A DNA stretch of 64,000 nucleotides from a phage. This document shows positions 1 to 7,998 of the stretch, one piece after another. The stretch is from sequence record OR896157.1; one strand, written 5' to 3'. Numbering within the stretch: position 1 is the stretch's first letter; each line of letters opens with the position of its first letter. A program made the position numbers and the translations under genes. Under the pieces are notes generated by a model that made no database searches, was not told where the DNA came from, and saw only the letters and a program-made list of their open reading frames with translations.

Positions 1-155
1 CTCTGATTCAGAGGACGACCTAAATCATTCTTAATTCCGATTTCATTCAAAAATGCAATAAAATGTTCACGTTTTTCAAGAATGTGTTCAGAACCAAATT
101 TAATCAATACAGAAGCCACAGTAACAATTTCGCGAACAATTTCAATTTTAGACAT
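1..155 (-). CDS. hypothetical protein, N-terminal part only (gene runs off window start)
   Basis: ATG at 155-153 preceded by AGGAAA RBS; frame open to window edge; translation MSKIEIVREIVTVASVLIKFGSEH... Confidence 0.45.
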   Translation of the reverse strand, partial: MSKIEIVREIVTVASVLIKFGSEHILEKREHFIAFLNEIGIKNDLGRPLNQ

Positions 156-190
156 ATCAAGTATTTCCTACGACTTAATGGATTGAGGAT

Positions 191-219
191 ATAGTAACAC
201 AGTCAACGGTGAATGTAAA
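191..219 (-). promoter_or_regulatory. early sigma70-type promoter (TTTACA-17-TACTAT, TGn extended -10)
   Basis: minus strand ccgTTTACA, 17-nt spacer, TACTAT; sits between ORF 223-480 and the gene starting at 155. Confidence 0.55.
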
Positions 220-222
220 CGG

Positions 223-480
223 TCAGTTCACCACTTCCCAGCGTTGAAGTACATGGCCAGGTAAAGTTACGTATTCGTCACCAGAGTCATAGCGAATGGC
301 GTAGCGACCATCAATCAACTCAGCTGATATATACCATTCGGCTCCTACTACACGAACCCTACGTTTCATCCAGTGACAAATCTCCATGGCCTCTTGATAG
401 CTGTAATCTACCATGTCACCAAGTGCAAGCTTGTTCATCATTCCTTCGAGATAGCGTTGAATCTCTACTGTCTGGTTCAT
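223..480 (-). CDS. hypothetical protein (85 aa)
   Basis: minus-strand ORF in operon context; no motif recognised. Confidence 0.45.
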   Translation of the reverse strand: MNQTVEIQRYLEGMMNKLALGDMVDYSYQEAMEICHWMKRRVRVVGAEWYISAELIDGRYAIRYDSGDEYVTLPGHVLQRWEVVN

Positions 481-830
481 TAAATTTTCTCGTAATTGAT
501 TTTCAATTCAAATTCGTCAGCAACACCTTTGAGAAATTGATAACCTTGCATGACATCAGCAATACTACGCTTAGAACTTACAGTGAAATAACAAAATGTT
601 TCTTCACTTGCTTTTATTTCGCAATGAGTGAGTAGAGATTCTGGATGATTAACAGCATTTACAAATTTTTGAAATGTTGTATCTTCAAAATATTTCCAGG
701 AGCAATCTTGCTCTTCTCGGCTCAAAGAGAACCATACCACAAGATTATACACAGGAGTTATTGCATCTACAACACTGGTGTGTTCATCCCATGCTTTACG
801 TTCTGCTTCGATATGAGAAATTTTATTCAT
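480..830 (-). CDS. hypothetical protein (116 aa)
   Basis: minus-strand ORF, start overlaps stop of upstream small ORF; no motif recognised. Confidence 0.5.
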   Translation of the reverse strand: MNKISHIEAERKAWDEHTSVVDAITPVYNLVVWFSLSREEQDCSWKYFEDTTFQKFVNAVNHPESLLTHCEIKASEETFCYFTVSSKRSIADVMQGYQFLKGVADEFELKINYEKI

Positions 831-913
831 AATCTTTTCCCTTATGTTTTTGCTTACGACGAGATTCTTTTTCCTGGCGCTTCATATCTTTATGAGCGCC
901 GCCTTTATTGAAA

Positions 914-1219
914 TCATGCTTTGCTACTGGATTGTTCATCTTGTTCCTCGAGTTTCTTAATTTGGCGTTCAAGTTCTTTAATCATTTCAAGGTTAAGCAT
1001 AACATAATATTGTGCAAACAATGGCTTAATGGTTCCATTCCACATCCATGGATCATTATTAATTGTCAGCTTCTTCACGACAGCTTCTGATAACCAAGAC
1101 CAACCTGATTCGTTTGTTAATGAAGTCCATTGTTCATGCATCATCTCATTTGCTTTTTTAAGAGCGTTGATTTGATTACGCATAGATTCAATTTGAAGCA
1201 ACTTAATATCCATTTTCAT
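914..1219 (-). CDS. hypothetical protein (101 aa), predicted coiled coil
   Basis: minus-strand ORF, 1-nt overlap with upstream gene. Confidence 0.5.
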   Translation of the reverse strand: MKMDIKLLQIESMRNQINALKKANEMMHEQWTSLTNESGWSWLSEAVVKKLTINNDPWMWNGTIKPLFAQYYVMLNLEMIKELERQIKKLEEQDEQSSSKA

Positions 1220-1647
1220 TAGTATAAATCCTCGGAGAATAATGTATCAGCAGGCCCACTTTTAACACGACGAGTATTAATTTGACCAGCATGAGTTGCA
1301 ATGATTAATGCTTCTTTTCGAGTAAAATAATTTCCCCATTGGTCCAAGAACCCTTGGTCATCACCATAAACCTGTTCAGAAACCACTTTATCACGCGTTT
1401 GGTCTAACACCAGAGCCATATCTTTTGAATAATGACGAGTCCCTGGAATAACTAACTCTCCGCCATCTTTCAATTTAAAACGATTAGCTGCACAGACGAT
1501 AACTCGTTGAAGTAAACGACCATCCCACCAATCGGCTTTAACGAAACAGATTTCAGGAATCCGTTCATTGACATTCTGAGTTTCGATTAAATCACCGTTT
1601 TGAGCTGCTTCTACAAATTTATTCATTTGTTCTGAAAATTTGCTCAT
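1219..1647 (-). CDS. hypothetical protein (142 aa)
   Basis: minus-strand ORF, coupled to neighbours. Confidence 0.5.
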   Translation of the reverse strand: MSKFSEQMNKFVEAAQNGDLIETQNVNERIPEICFVKADWWDGRLLQRVIVCAANRFKLKDGGELVIPGTRHYSKDMALVLDQTRDKVVSEQVYGDDQGFLDQWGNYFTRKEALIIATHAGQINTRRVKSGPADTLFSEDLY

Positions 1648-2048
1648 TTGAAGAATCCTTTAATTTTCTGCCAGATTGTTTTTGGTTCGCGGAGACCCCA
1701 AGTACGAAGTTCAGGTTCTTTAGTAACTTCTTTAATCCATTCTTCTGTTGCTTTAATTTCATCATAGGCGATAACCACCGCACATGAATCTATGAATTCT
1801 GCGAGTGCTTTCATGAAGTTAGAATGTTCACCGCAGTGACGACCATGAGAACTATAAACTGCGTAAACATTTTTAGCTTTAAGTTCAATACTGCCAAGAT
1901 GTGTTCCACGGAACCAGACTTCCCATGCATCGGTTGGCAAATAGTACTTATCAGTTACTCGTTCAATACAACGCTGCAGTTCATTCAAAGCTTCTGGACG
2001 ATTCATTAGCTTTTTAACACGAAGTACATGAGAGTTTAAGTTTTTCAT
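1644..2048 (-). CDS. hypothetical protein (134 aa)
   Basis: minus-strand ORF, 4-nt overlap with downstream gene. Confidence 0.5.
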   Translation of the reverse strand: MKNLNSHVLRVKKLMNRPEALNELQRCIERVTDKYYLPTDAWEVWFRGTHLGSIELKAKNVYAVYSSHGRHCGEHSNFMKALAEFIDSCAVVIAYDEIKATEEWIKEVTKEPELRTWGLREPKTIWQKIKGFFK

Positions 2049-2062
2049 CTTTAATTTCCTTA

Positions 2063-2707
2063 TTACAGAGTGTCAACAGCGTGGATGATGTTTTCAATGT
2101 TTTCCTGAGTACGTGGAATGTCCAGGTATACATTGCCATTTTTGGAATGTTTAGCAACCATTCCGAGGTCTTCGAAGTGTTTAACTTGTTCTTCAGTCAT
2201 TTTGTAACCGGAGATACGGAAGTTACCTTTGTTTGATACCTCGAAGCTGCGAATACCGAAAGTGCGTTTTTCGAGTACCGCGATGAAGTTGCTACGATAG
2301 ACGTCCAGTTTTTTGATTGTGAACAGATTATCTTTGGTTGCCAGCAGTTCCATCATCAGATTTTTGTCTGCTTCCATCTGGTCAGTAATCGGACGAGCTT
2401 TACGAGTGTTACGTTTTTCTAGAAGTTCTGGTGCATTTTCTTCTGCGTAGATAACTGCTGCCTGGTTGATGATTTCTTGACCTTCAGCAGATACAATCAG
2501 ACCATCACCTGATTTTTCAATCAGACCTTTCTTAATCAGAACACCGATGTTGCTGTTAACTGAAGCAGCTGAAAGTTTATCTGCGAGAATGTCACGAACT
2601 TCGGAAGAAGTGATGAAGTCTTTCTTAGCGACTACAATCAGAACGTTTGCAGCATTTTCAGAGATAGAGTTTTCAGAAGCTTTAACGATATAGATTACTT
2701 TAGACAT
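2063..2707 (-). CDS. motA: MotA, activator of middle transcription
   Basis: translation from ATG at 2707 (GGAGAAA RBS) begins MSKVIYIVKASE...VLIVVAKKDFITSSEV...NSNIGVLIKKGLIEKSGDGLI, matching remembered T4 MotA; lies beside gene 52 as in T4. Confidence 0.8.
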   Translation of the reverse strand: MSKVIYIVKASENSISENAANVLIVVAKKDFITSSEVRDILADKLSAASVNSNIGVLIKKGLIEKSGDGLIVSAEGQEIINQAAVIYAEENAPELLEKRNTRKARPITDQMEADKNLMMELLATKDNLFTIKKLDVYRSNFIAVLEKRTFGIRSFEVSNKGNFRISGYKMTEEQVKHFEDLGMVAKHSKNGNVYLDIPRTQENIENIIHAVDTL

Positions 2708-2745
2708 TTTGTTTCTCCAGGTTCCGTATTTGTTTTGATGAGATA

Positions 2746-2774
2746 ATAGTATCAAACTTTTAAGCCGATGTAAA
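2746..2774 (-). promoter_or_regulatory. early promoter (TTTACA-17-TACTAT)
   Basis: minus strand aaccgTTTACA, 17 nt, TACTAT; immediately upstream of motA. Confidence 0.55.
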
Positions 2775-2816
2775 CGGTTAGTTTAGCATCTTCCGAAAAA
2801 GATGCTATCAAACAGC

Positions 2817-3110
2817 TTAGCCTCGGAAGAAGTCCGCGAAGAGCTTCTTAGCTTCGTTTAGAGTTTCTGCCACATCTTCAACTTCTGCATCAAGCACTGC
2901 AGTCATGTCATAGTTGTTGACGTATACCCATACCAGCACGTAGTTTTCGCTTTCGCTGTTATACCAAATTGTCAGATAGCTATTGCTATCAGTGTTTGAT
3001 GAGTGCAGGCGTGCTGCATGCATTGCGTCGTCAAGGTCAACACCTGAGTTAGCCAGTAAAGCATTTAAGTTATTGATTAAAGTTTCCATAATTTCCTCAT
3101 TTTGCAACAT
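2817..3110 (-). CDS. hypothetical acidic protein (97 aa)
   Basis: minus-strand ORF. Confidence 0.45.
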   Translation of the reverse strand: MLQNEEIMETLINNLNALLANSGVDLDDAMHAARLHSSNTDSNSYLTIWYNSESENYVLVWVYVNNYDMTAVLDAEVEDVAETLNEAKKLFADFFRG

Positions 3111-3360
3111 AAGCTTCTAAGACTTCTTCAAATTCGCCTTCAAGTTCAGGGCATCCTGCGAAGTCCGCCTCTAAAGTTTCTAAATCAATCAGAACTTCAG
3201 TTAAAATGTATTGACTTTCATTATGGTCATAAACCATAGCCCAATAACGTGCTTGAGTATTCTTGTCAATTGACATTCTGTTAAATTTAACATAAGCGAA
3301 ATCAGAAGTTTCCGCGATAATACCAGCATTTGTTAAGGCAGCAACGATAATTGAAATCAT
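3097..3360 (-). CDS. hypothetical acidic protein (87 aa)
   Basis: minus-strand ORF downstream of an early promoter. Confidence 0.45.
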   Translation of the reverse strand: MISIIVAALTNAGIIAETSDFAYVKFNRMSIDKNTQARYWAMVYDHNESQYILTEVLIDLETLEADFAGCPELEGEFEEVLEAYVAK

Positions 3361-3391
3361 TTTGTTTACTCCGTTTGGTTTTGATAGAGCT

Positions 3392-3420
3392 ATAATACCA
3401 TAAGCAAACGATGATGTAAA
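3392..3420 (-). promoter_or_regulatory. early promoter (TTTACA-17-TATTAT)
   Basis: minus strand aaccgTTTACA, 17 nt ending TGG, TATTAT. Confidence 0.55.
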
Positions 3421-3490
3421 CGGTTGAGTTAAAGAATTTTTAAAGTTAACCAGAACGGTTGAGGGATTGTGCGTAGAAAGGATGATTAAT
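3421..3490 (-). repeat. promoter-upstream module, copy A (shared blocks gtaaacggttga / ccagaacggttgag / aaggatgatNaat)
   Basis: same three blocks in the same order recur at 54507-54575 upstream of another early promoter. Confidence 0.5.
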
Positions 3491-3496
3491 TATATG

Positions 3497-3522
3497 GACT
3501 CGGCTCTAGAATTAACTAGAGC
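3497..3522 (-). terminator. stem-loop downstream of gene 52 (GGCTCTAG-loop-CTAGAGCC)
   Basis: perfect 8-bp inverted repeat just after the gene 52 stop; no clear U-tract. Confidence 0.3.
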
Positions 3523-3545
3523 CGTTTAGAGTGATACAGAAGCTC

Positions 3546-4925
3546 TTAGAGAGCCTCTAGGTCCTTCATATACTCAATTTCTGGAGTAGTTTCTTGCCAG
3601 TACTTCAGCTCAGCTTTCAGGTCTTTAGCTTGTTGAGCAAGTTTCTTTGCTTCGTCACTTGTGATGTGATAGATGTTCATTGACACTAACTTGTCAACAA
3701 ATGGTGCATAAGTTGGACGAGATTCAAGTTCAGAAGTCAGTTGTTTACGAGTTTTGCCTTGAATGACAATACTACCTTCAATAACTTCTTTGATGAACAT
3801 CGCTTTAGCCAAAGCTAATTTGAATGCTTCATCGCATTCTTTGACTTTGTGTTCAATTCGTTTGACAATGTAAGTCTTACGAACTTCCACAAAGTGCTTG
3901 ATAAGTTCAGAAGAACTTTGGAACTTATCGTTTAACTTTCCGTTTTCATCAATGACCACGATGAATTGAGACATCTTCTCAACCAATTTGAAGTCACGCA
4001 TGATTTTCTCATGCCGCTGCTCATCGTCTTGGCCAAGCATATAATCTTTCTTGAACTTCACTTTAAAGCCAAAGCCGGTCTTTGAACAATCATCAACGTA
4101 AGAGATGAAGTTCTTATCTACCATTGGCTCAAGTACTTTTTCCACATAAGTTTCGCGGTCAAACTTAGCTGGAATTTCGCTGATGTACATTTGAGATGCT
4201 GAAGTGAACTTATAAAGACCACGGCATTCAATTGACCCATCTTCAAGACGAACTACTTCACCGCGGAATTGTGGAATTTGAACTTCTGGTTCTTTATCCA
4301 GTTTTCCTTGAAGAGCTAATTTAGTACATTCAACTACTGATTCAAAATTATGTGGAAGAATCTTAGTAGCATAACCAGTTGCAATTCCCTGTACACCGTT
4401 CAGAAGGACGGTTGGAATAATTGGAAGATAGAATGCAGGTGGAACGTGCTCTTTATCTTTATGCTCTGGAGCAATTTCAGTGTCTTTATAGACCTTACGG
4501 AAATTGTCAGAAATACGACAGAAGATATAACGAGATGCTGCCGCTTTTTGTACCAATCGTGAACCGAAGTTTCCTTGACCATCCAAAAGAGGATAGTTGT
4601 TGTTCCAAGTGTTAGCCATAAGCGCGCCAGCATCTTGTGCCGAGCCTTCGCCATGGTGATAACCGAGGTCAGCAACACCACCTGCCACAGAAGCCAATTT
4701 ATGGAATTTTTCTTTATTACCACGAGACAAATCTAGTGCACGAGCAATAACAAATCGTTGAACTGGCTTGAAGCCATCAATTAAGTTAGGAATTGCACGG
4801 TTTTCTACTGTGTAGATTGCAAATTCTTTGGCTTCATTGTCAATGATGCTTTGAAGGTTTCTTACATTAAGTTGACCAACAGAGTCATCGAGTTGTTTAG
4901 ACATCATGTCAAAAATAGTTGTCAT
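3546..4925 (-). CDS. 52: DNA topoisomerase II medium subunit gp52 (GyrA/ParC-like)
   Basis: 459 aa; contains IPNLIDGFKPVQRFVIARALDL and LDGQGNFGS topoisomerase motifs; matches remembered T4 gp52. Confidence 0.9.
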   Translation of the reverse strand: MTTIFDMMSKQLDDSVGQLNVRNLQSIIDNEAKEFAIYTVENRAIPNLIDGFKPVQRFVIARALDLSRGNKEKFHKLASVAGGVADLGYHHGEGSAQDAGALMANTWNNNYPLLDGQGNFGSRLVQKAAASRYIFCRISDNFRKVYKDTEIAPEHKDKEHVPPAFYLPIIPTVLLNGVQGIATGYATKILPHNFESVVECTKLALQGKLDKEPEVQIPQFRGEVVRLEDGSIECRGLYKFTSASQMYISEIPAKFDRETYVEKVLEPMVDKNFISYVDDCSKTGFGFKVKFKKDYMLGQDDEQRHEKIMRDFKLVEKMSQFIVVIDENGKLNDKFQSSSELIKHFVEVRKTYIVKRIEHKVKECDEAFKLALAKAMFIKEVIEGSIVIQGKTRKQLTSELESRPTYAPFVDKLVSMNIYHITSDEAKKLAQQAKDLKAELKYWQETTPEIEYMKDLEAL

Positions 4926-5246
4926 ATTACCCTACCAGATTAAATTACCGATGTTCATCATAACACGAGCAAGAAAAAGCACTATTTCGCCCATCACATA
5001 AACAGCTCCGGCTAAAGCGCCGGAGAGTAATATTGACACACCAATAACGCCTATTGAGAGTTTCATTTTATTAAGCCTGTGTAATAGAACAAACGTTCTA
5101 CAGCTAATGCAGCTACACCAAAGCACATGCTTCCAATGACTCTTGGCGGAGGGGTTAACCCCTCCCAAATAAACAGACCAGAAGCGATGAAAAGCGGAGC
5201 CATGAGCAAGAACACCAAAGCCCAAATCTGTTTGAACGGACTCATA

Positions 5247-5693
5247 TTAATATGCCTGAAGAATAAATTTGAAGTTATCATTCAACATGCGATTCATTTC
5301 TTCCAGGTTCTGATAAGAATCGTTATGTTTACGTGTGAATGCCAGCGCCAATTGACCTTTACCAAAACCAGTAGTCAAAGGCTTCATTTTATCAGCCGGA
5401 ACGAAGTACACATCGTAGATGACGTTATTTGAACGCATAGTACGACCAAGCTGAGAACGACCCTGACGAATCTGCGACAGAACATTCATAAAGCCAGATT
5501 TTGAACGTTGACGACCAACGTAGAATCGTGCTGCTACTGCACGCCAAGCTGAAGCGCCTTTAACCATGAAGTAGAAACCAGGTTCAGCCAGAATAGATGG
5601 GTCAACATACCCTACAGTTTCACCATTTTTAACAGTACACACAACAGTTGCACCAACAGCTTCAAGGTCACCACGAGTCATGTAATCACGCAT
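5247..5693 (-). CDS. ndd: Ndd nucleoid disruption protein
   Basis: from ATG at 5693 (GAGGAAAA RBS); C-terminal half ...[45 protein letters not shown] matches remembered T4 Ndd almost residue for residue. Confidence 0.8.
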   Translation of the reverse strand: MRDYMTRGDLEAVGATVVCTVKNGETVGYVDPSILAEPGFYFMVKGASAWRAVAARFYVGRQRSKSGFMNVLSQIRQGRSQLGRTMRSNNVIYDVYFVPADKMKPLTTGFGKGQLALAFTRKHNDSYQNLEEMNRMLNDNFKFILQAY

Positions 5694-5730
5694 ATCATTT
5701 TCCTCAATCAATTAAAAGTTTATCCTCAAT

Positions 5731-5744
5731 GGGCCCGAAGGCCC
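5731..5744 (-). terminator. GGGCC-CGAA-GGCCC hairpin between small ORF and ndd
   Basis: GC stem with CGAA loop; weak U-tract, so may act as RNA stability/processing element rather than terminator. Confidence 0.3.
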
Positions 5745-5748
5745 TGAA

Positions 5749-5958
5749 TTAAAGTTCTGAACTTTGCTGAGCCCCATTCCACAGAACTTCTACTACACTC
5801 TTGAGTCCATCAGCTTGTACTGCTTGGACAATTTCAATAGTAGCCCAGATGCTAAAACCAATTCCAGCAACAATTAGAACAACTACAACAGAAAAGAAAA
5901 TCCAGAAAATCTTTTCCATTTTATCCATACGAGAACCAAATGTAGTCTTGCGACGCAT
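5749..5958 (-). CDS. small membrane protein (69 aa)
   Basis: hydrophobic segment FWIFFSVVVVLIVAGIGFSIW; ATG with GGAAAA RBS. Confidence 0.45.
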   Translation of the reverse strand: MRRKTTFGSRMDKMEKIFWIFFSVVVVLIVAGIGFSIWATIEIVQAVQADGLKSVVEVLWNGAQQSSEL

Positions 5959-5968
5959 AATATTTTCC

Positions 5969-6088
5969 TCAAAAGTTAATCCATGCCATTACTACATCAT
6001 GTGCTAAGGCAAATGCGAAAGCTCCAAAGAGCATCATCAGAAGAGTTAAAGTCCAGATAGCTTTAAGAATCTTTTTGATGATGTTCAT
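5969..6088 (-). CDS. small hydrophobic peptide (39 aa), not in ORF track
   Basis: ATG at 6088 after GGAGAA RBS; MNIIKKILKAIWTLTLLMMLFGAFAFALAHDVVMAWINF; stop abuts start of next ORF. Confidence 0.35.
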   Translation of the reverse strand: MNIIKKILKAIWTLTLLMMLFGAFAFALAHDVVMAWINF

Positions 6089-6115
6089 TTTGTTCTCCGT
6101 TAGTTGATTTCTAGT

Positions 6116-6730
6116 CTATAGTATACCATTAAACGGAGAATGTAAACGGCAGAGATTAAAAAGATTTAGATACCAGCCCTGATAGTTGCTCTTACGAACC
6201 ACGGATTTGAGGTCTTCGTGGTCTCCAGCAAACTTTAGGGTAAACTGGTAAACACCAGACGAACTTTCTACTACATCTAATATGATAATACAGTCCGCTA
6301 CTCTGTGTGTCAAGAAGGGTCCTAGGTTTATCCCTGAGCCACCAGGATAGTCTCCTGAGTAACCAGTAGTGACTGAAATCCACTTTGAATCTGACTGATG
6401 AGTCTTGACCTCAATGCGAAGTCCGCAGAATCTTGGATGAGCAAGAACATCCCAGGCGTATGTGTAAGGGTCGTCATGATTTTCCTGACCACCTGCAACA
6501 TAACCATCCATCCAATCTGCTACAGTTCGTTCAGCAAGTTGAGCAATTTCACACCGCTTGTTTACAAAATCTTTATCTTGGTCTGGGTCTTGACGAAGAG
6601 AATAAGCGGCAGTACTTTTGATTTTGACTCTATCTTCTGGTGTTAAATCACTGAATGACCGGGTAAAAGTCTTCAGGGCTTTCAGTCTCATCAACCCTGG
6701 ATTCGATTTTTTCATATTCACCTTCTTCAT
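6116..6730 (-). CDS. hypothetical protein at the T4 denB (endonuclease IV) position; start uncertain
   Basis: ORF between ndd and rIIB as denB is in T4; several in-frame Met candidates (6745, 6730, 6715, 6691); T4 DenB sequence not recalled, so call is positional only. Confidence 0.4.
   Translation of the reverse strand: MKKVNMKKSNPGLMRLKALKTFTRSFSDLTPEDRVKIKSTAAYSLRQDPDQDKDFVNKRCEIAQLAERTVADWMDGYVAGGQENHDDPYTYAWDVLAHPRFCGLRIEVKTHQSDSKWISVTTGYSGDYPGGSGINLGPFLTHRVADCIIILDVVESSSGVYQFTLKFAGDHEDLKSVVRKSNYQGWYLNLFNLCRLHSPFNGIL
6118..6146 (-). promoter_or_regulatory. early promoter (TTTACA-17-TACTAT)
   Basis: minus strand tgccgTTTACA, 17 nt, TACTAT; overlaps 3-prime end of the denB-position ORF and drives the small membrane ORFs and ndd. 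Confidence 0.5.
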
Positions 6731-6977
6731 TTTTGAAAATAGCATCTGTCACGTGTAAAGTGCCATAATAGATTCTGTCATTATGATTGAGTTTGCTTAA
6801 ATCAAGCTCTTTCAACTCATCTTCTGGCATGATTACTACATCATCACAATACAGACAACCCGATGCTTTATTATCTCCTGCGAATAGGTCTTTACAATAA
6901 ACAACACCTACATAATGATTACCATGTAAGTAACTATTTTTAATGCTTTTATCGCCAATATTCATTGGATTAATCAT
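6648..6977 (-). CDS. hypothetical protein (109 aa), denB.1-position
   Basis: ATG at 6977 after GAGGAA RBS, directly downstream of the rIIB terminator hairpin. Confidence 0.5.
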   Translation of the reverse strand: MINPMNIGDKSIKNSYLHGNHYVGVVYCKDLFAGDNKASGCLYCDDVVIMPEDELKELDLSKLNHNDRIYYGTLHVTDAIFKNEEGEYEKIESRVDETESPEDFYPVIQ

Positions 6978-6984
6978 GGCAGAT

Positions 6985-7014
6985 TCCTCAAAAATAAAGG
7001 GCCCGAAGGCCCTT
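6985..7014 (-). terminator. intrinsic terminator-like hairpin after rIIB (AAGGGCC-TTCG-GGCCCTT then U-rich)
   Basis: minus strand reads hairpin followed by UAUUUUU. Confidence 0.5.
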
Positions 7015-7017
7015 ACA

Positions 7018-7998
7018 TTAGATGTATGAATCAGTTTCTTCGTTGTATTCCGCTTCACGGATTACTTTGTACTGACAAGTACGCATTTTAGCGTTGTTGT
7101 AATCTACCGGGATAGATACTACATCTCGTGGATGTACTTTAACAACTACCAGACGAGAATCACCATAACGGAAGTGCTTGATGTAACTACGAGCGCAAAC
7201 ATGCAGACCAGCTTCACAGGTGAGATTTTCATCTTCAACCACATGAGTACGAGGCATTTTAACTACTCGGCCAACAGAGTTATCAAACTTACCGGTATAG
7301 CAGTCAGTGTAATCGTTGCGAATAACTTTCCATGCCAGGAAATGACCATCTTCAGTGATTTCGATGTCGTTGGCTTGGAGGAAGTCAAACAGACGAGTCA
7401 CTGCAGTTTTGCTTGGGTTTTCCAGCAGATTTTCCAGGAACGGCAGATAGAATTCAAAATCTTCACCATTCTGCATATCATTGATGATGCGGTCAACCAG
7501 ACCAGATTTGATTTCAATGTCCTGGTAGAACAGCTGACCATTTTCAATGCGAATGTTACCGTCAACATAAGAAGTAATTGCCTTCTCAATGTTAATCAGA
7601 TTAATTGCTTCTTCAAATTCGCCATCAACACACAGCTGAAGAGCTTGTTTGAAGTTCGGATGGTCTTTATCTGCTGCATAGGTATCACGACCATAAGTGA
7701 TAGACAGGAACTTAGAAGAACCGGCCCATACAACATCTTCTGGTCTGAATGGATTAGTTGCAGCTTGACTGATTGCATTAGTTTCTGCAATTTTTGCAGC
7801 TTCAGTATGACCAACAACAGCTTCAATACCAACTGAACTAGCAGCTTTAATTTCTTTGATTACTCGACGCACTGTGTCAACAGAACAGCTGAAGAATTTT
7901 GCGACTTCTTCCTGAGTGTAACCACCCATATATGCATCATAGATTTCACGCTTTTGCGCTGCATCAAACATTTTAACAACAGAGACTTTCTTACTCAT
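7018..7998 (-). CDS. rIIB: RIIB protein
   Basis: ATG at 7998 (GGTGA RBS); central block SGLVDRIINDMQNGEDFEFYLPFLENLLENPS...EITEDG...KVVKMPRT...KVHPRDVVSIPVDYNNAKMRTCQY matches remembered T4 rIIB. Confidence 0.85.
   Translation of the reverse strand: MSKKVSVVKMFDAAQKREIYDAYMGGYTQEEVAKFFSCSVDTVRRVIKEIKAASSVGIEAVVGHTEAAKIAETNAISQAATNPFRPEDVVWAGSSKFLSITYGRDTYAADKDHPNFKQALQLCVDGEFEEAINLINIEKAITSYVDGNIRIENGQLFYQDIEIKSGLVDRIINDMQNGEDFEFYLPFLENLLENPSKTAVTRLFDFLQANDIEITEDGHFLAWKVIRNDYTDCYTGKFDNSVGRVVKMPRTHVVEDENLTCEAGLHVCARSYIKHFRYGDSRLVVVKVHPRDVVSIPVDYNNAKMRTCQYKVIREAEYNEETDSYI

Noticed and set aside
6192-6383. 63-aa minus-strand ORF
   Set aside because: Nested in an alternative frame inside the denB-position ORF; no independent start signal.
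7132-7836. 234-aa plus-strand ORF
   Set aside because: Lies entirely antisense to rIIB, which has strong sequence support; no RBS or promoter on the plus strand. The other plus-strand ORFs in the track (e.g. 12183-12648, 35782-36207, 44816-45235, 9455-9808) are the same kind of antisense shadow.
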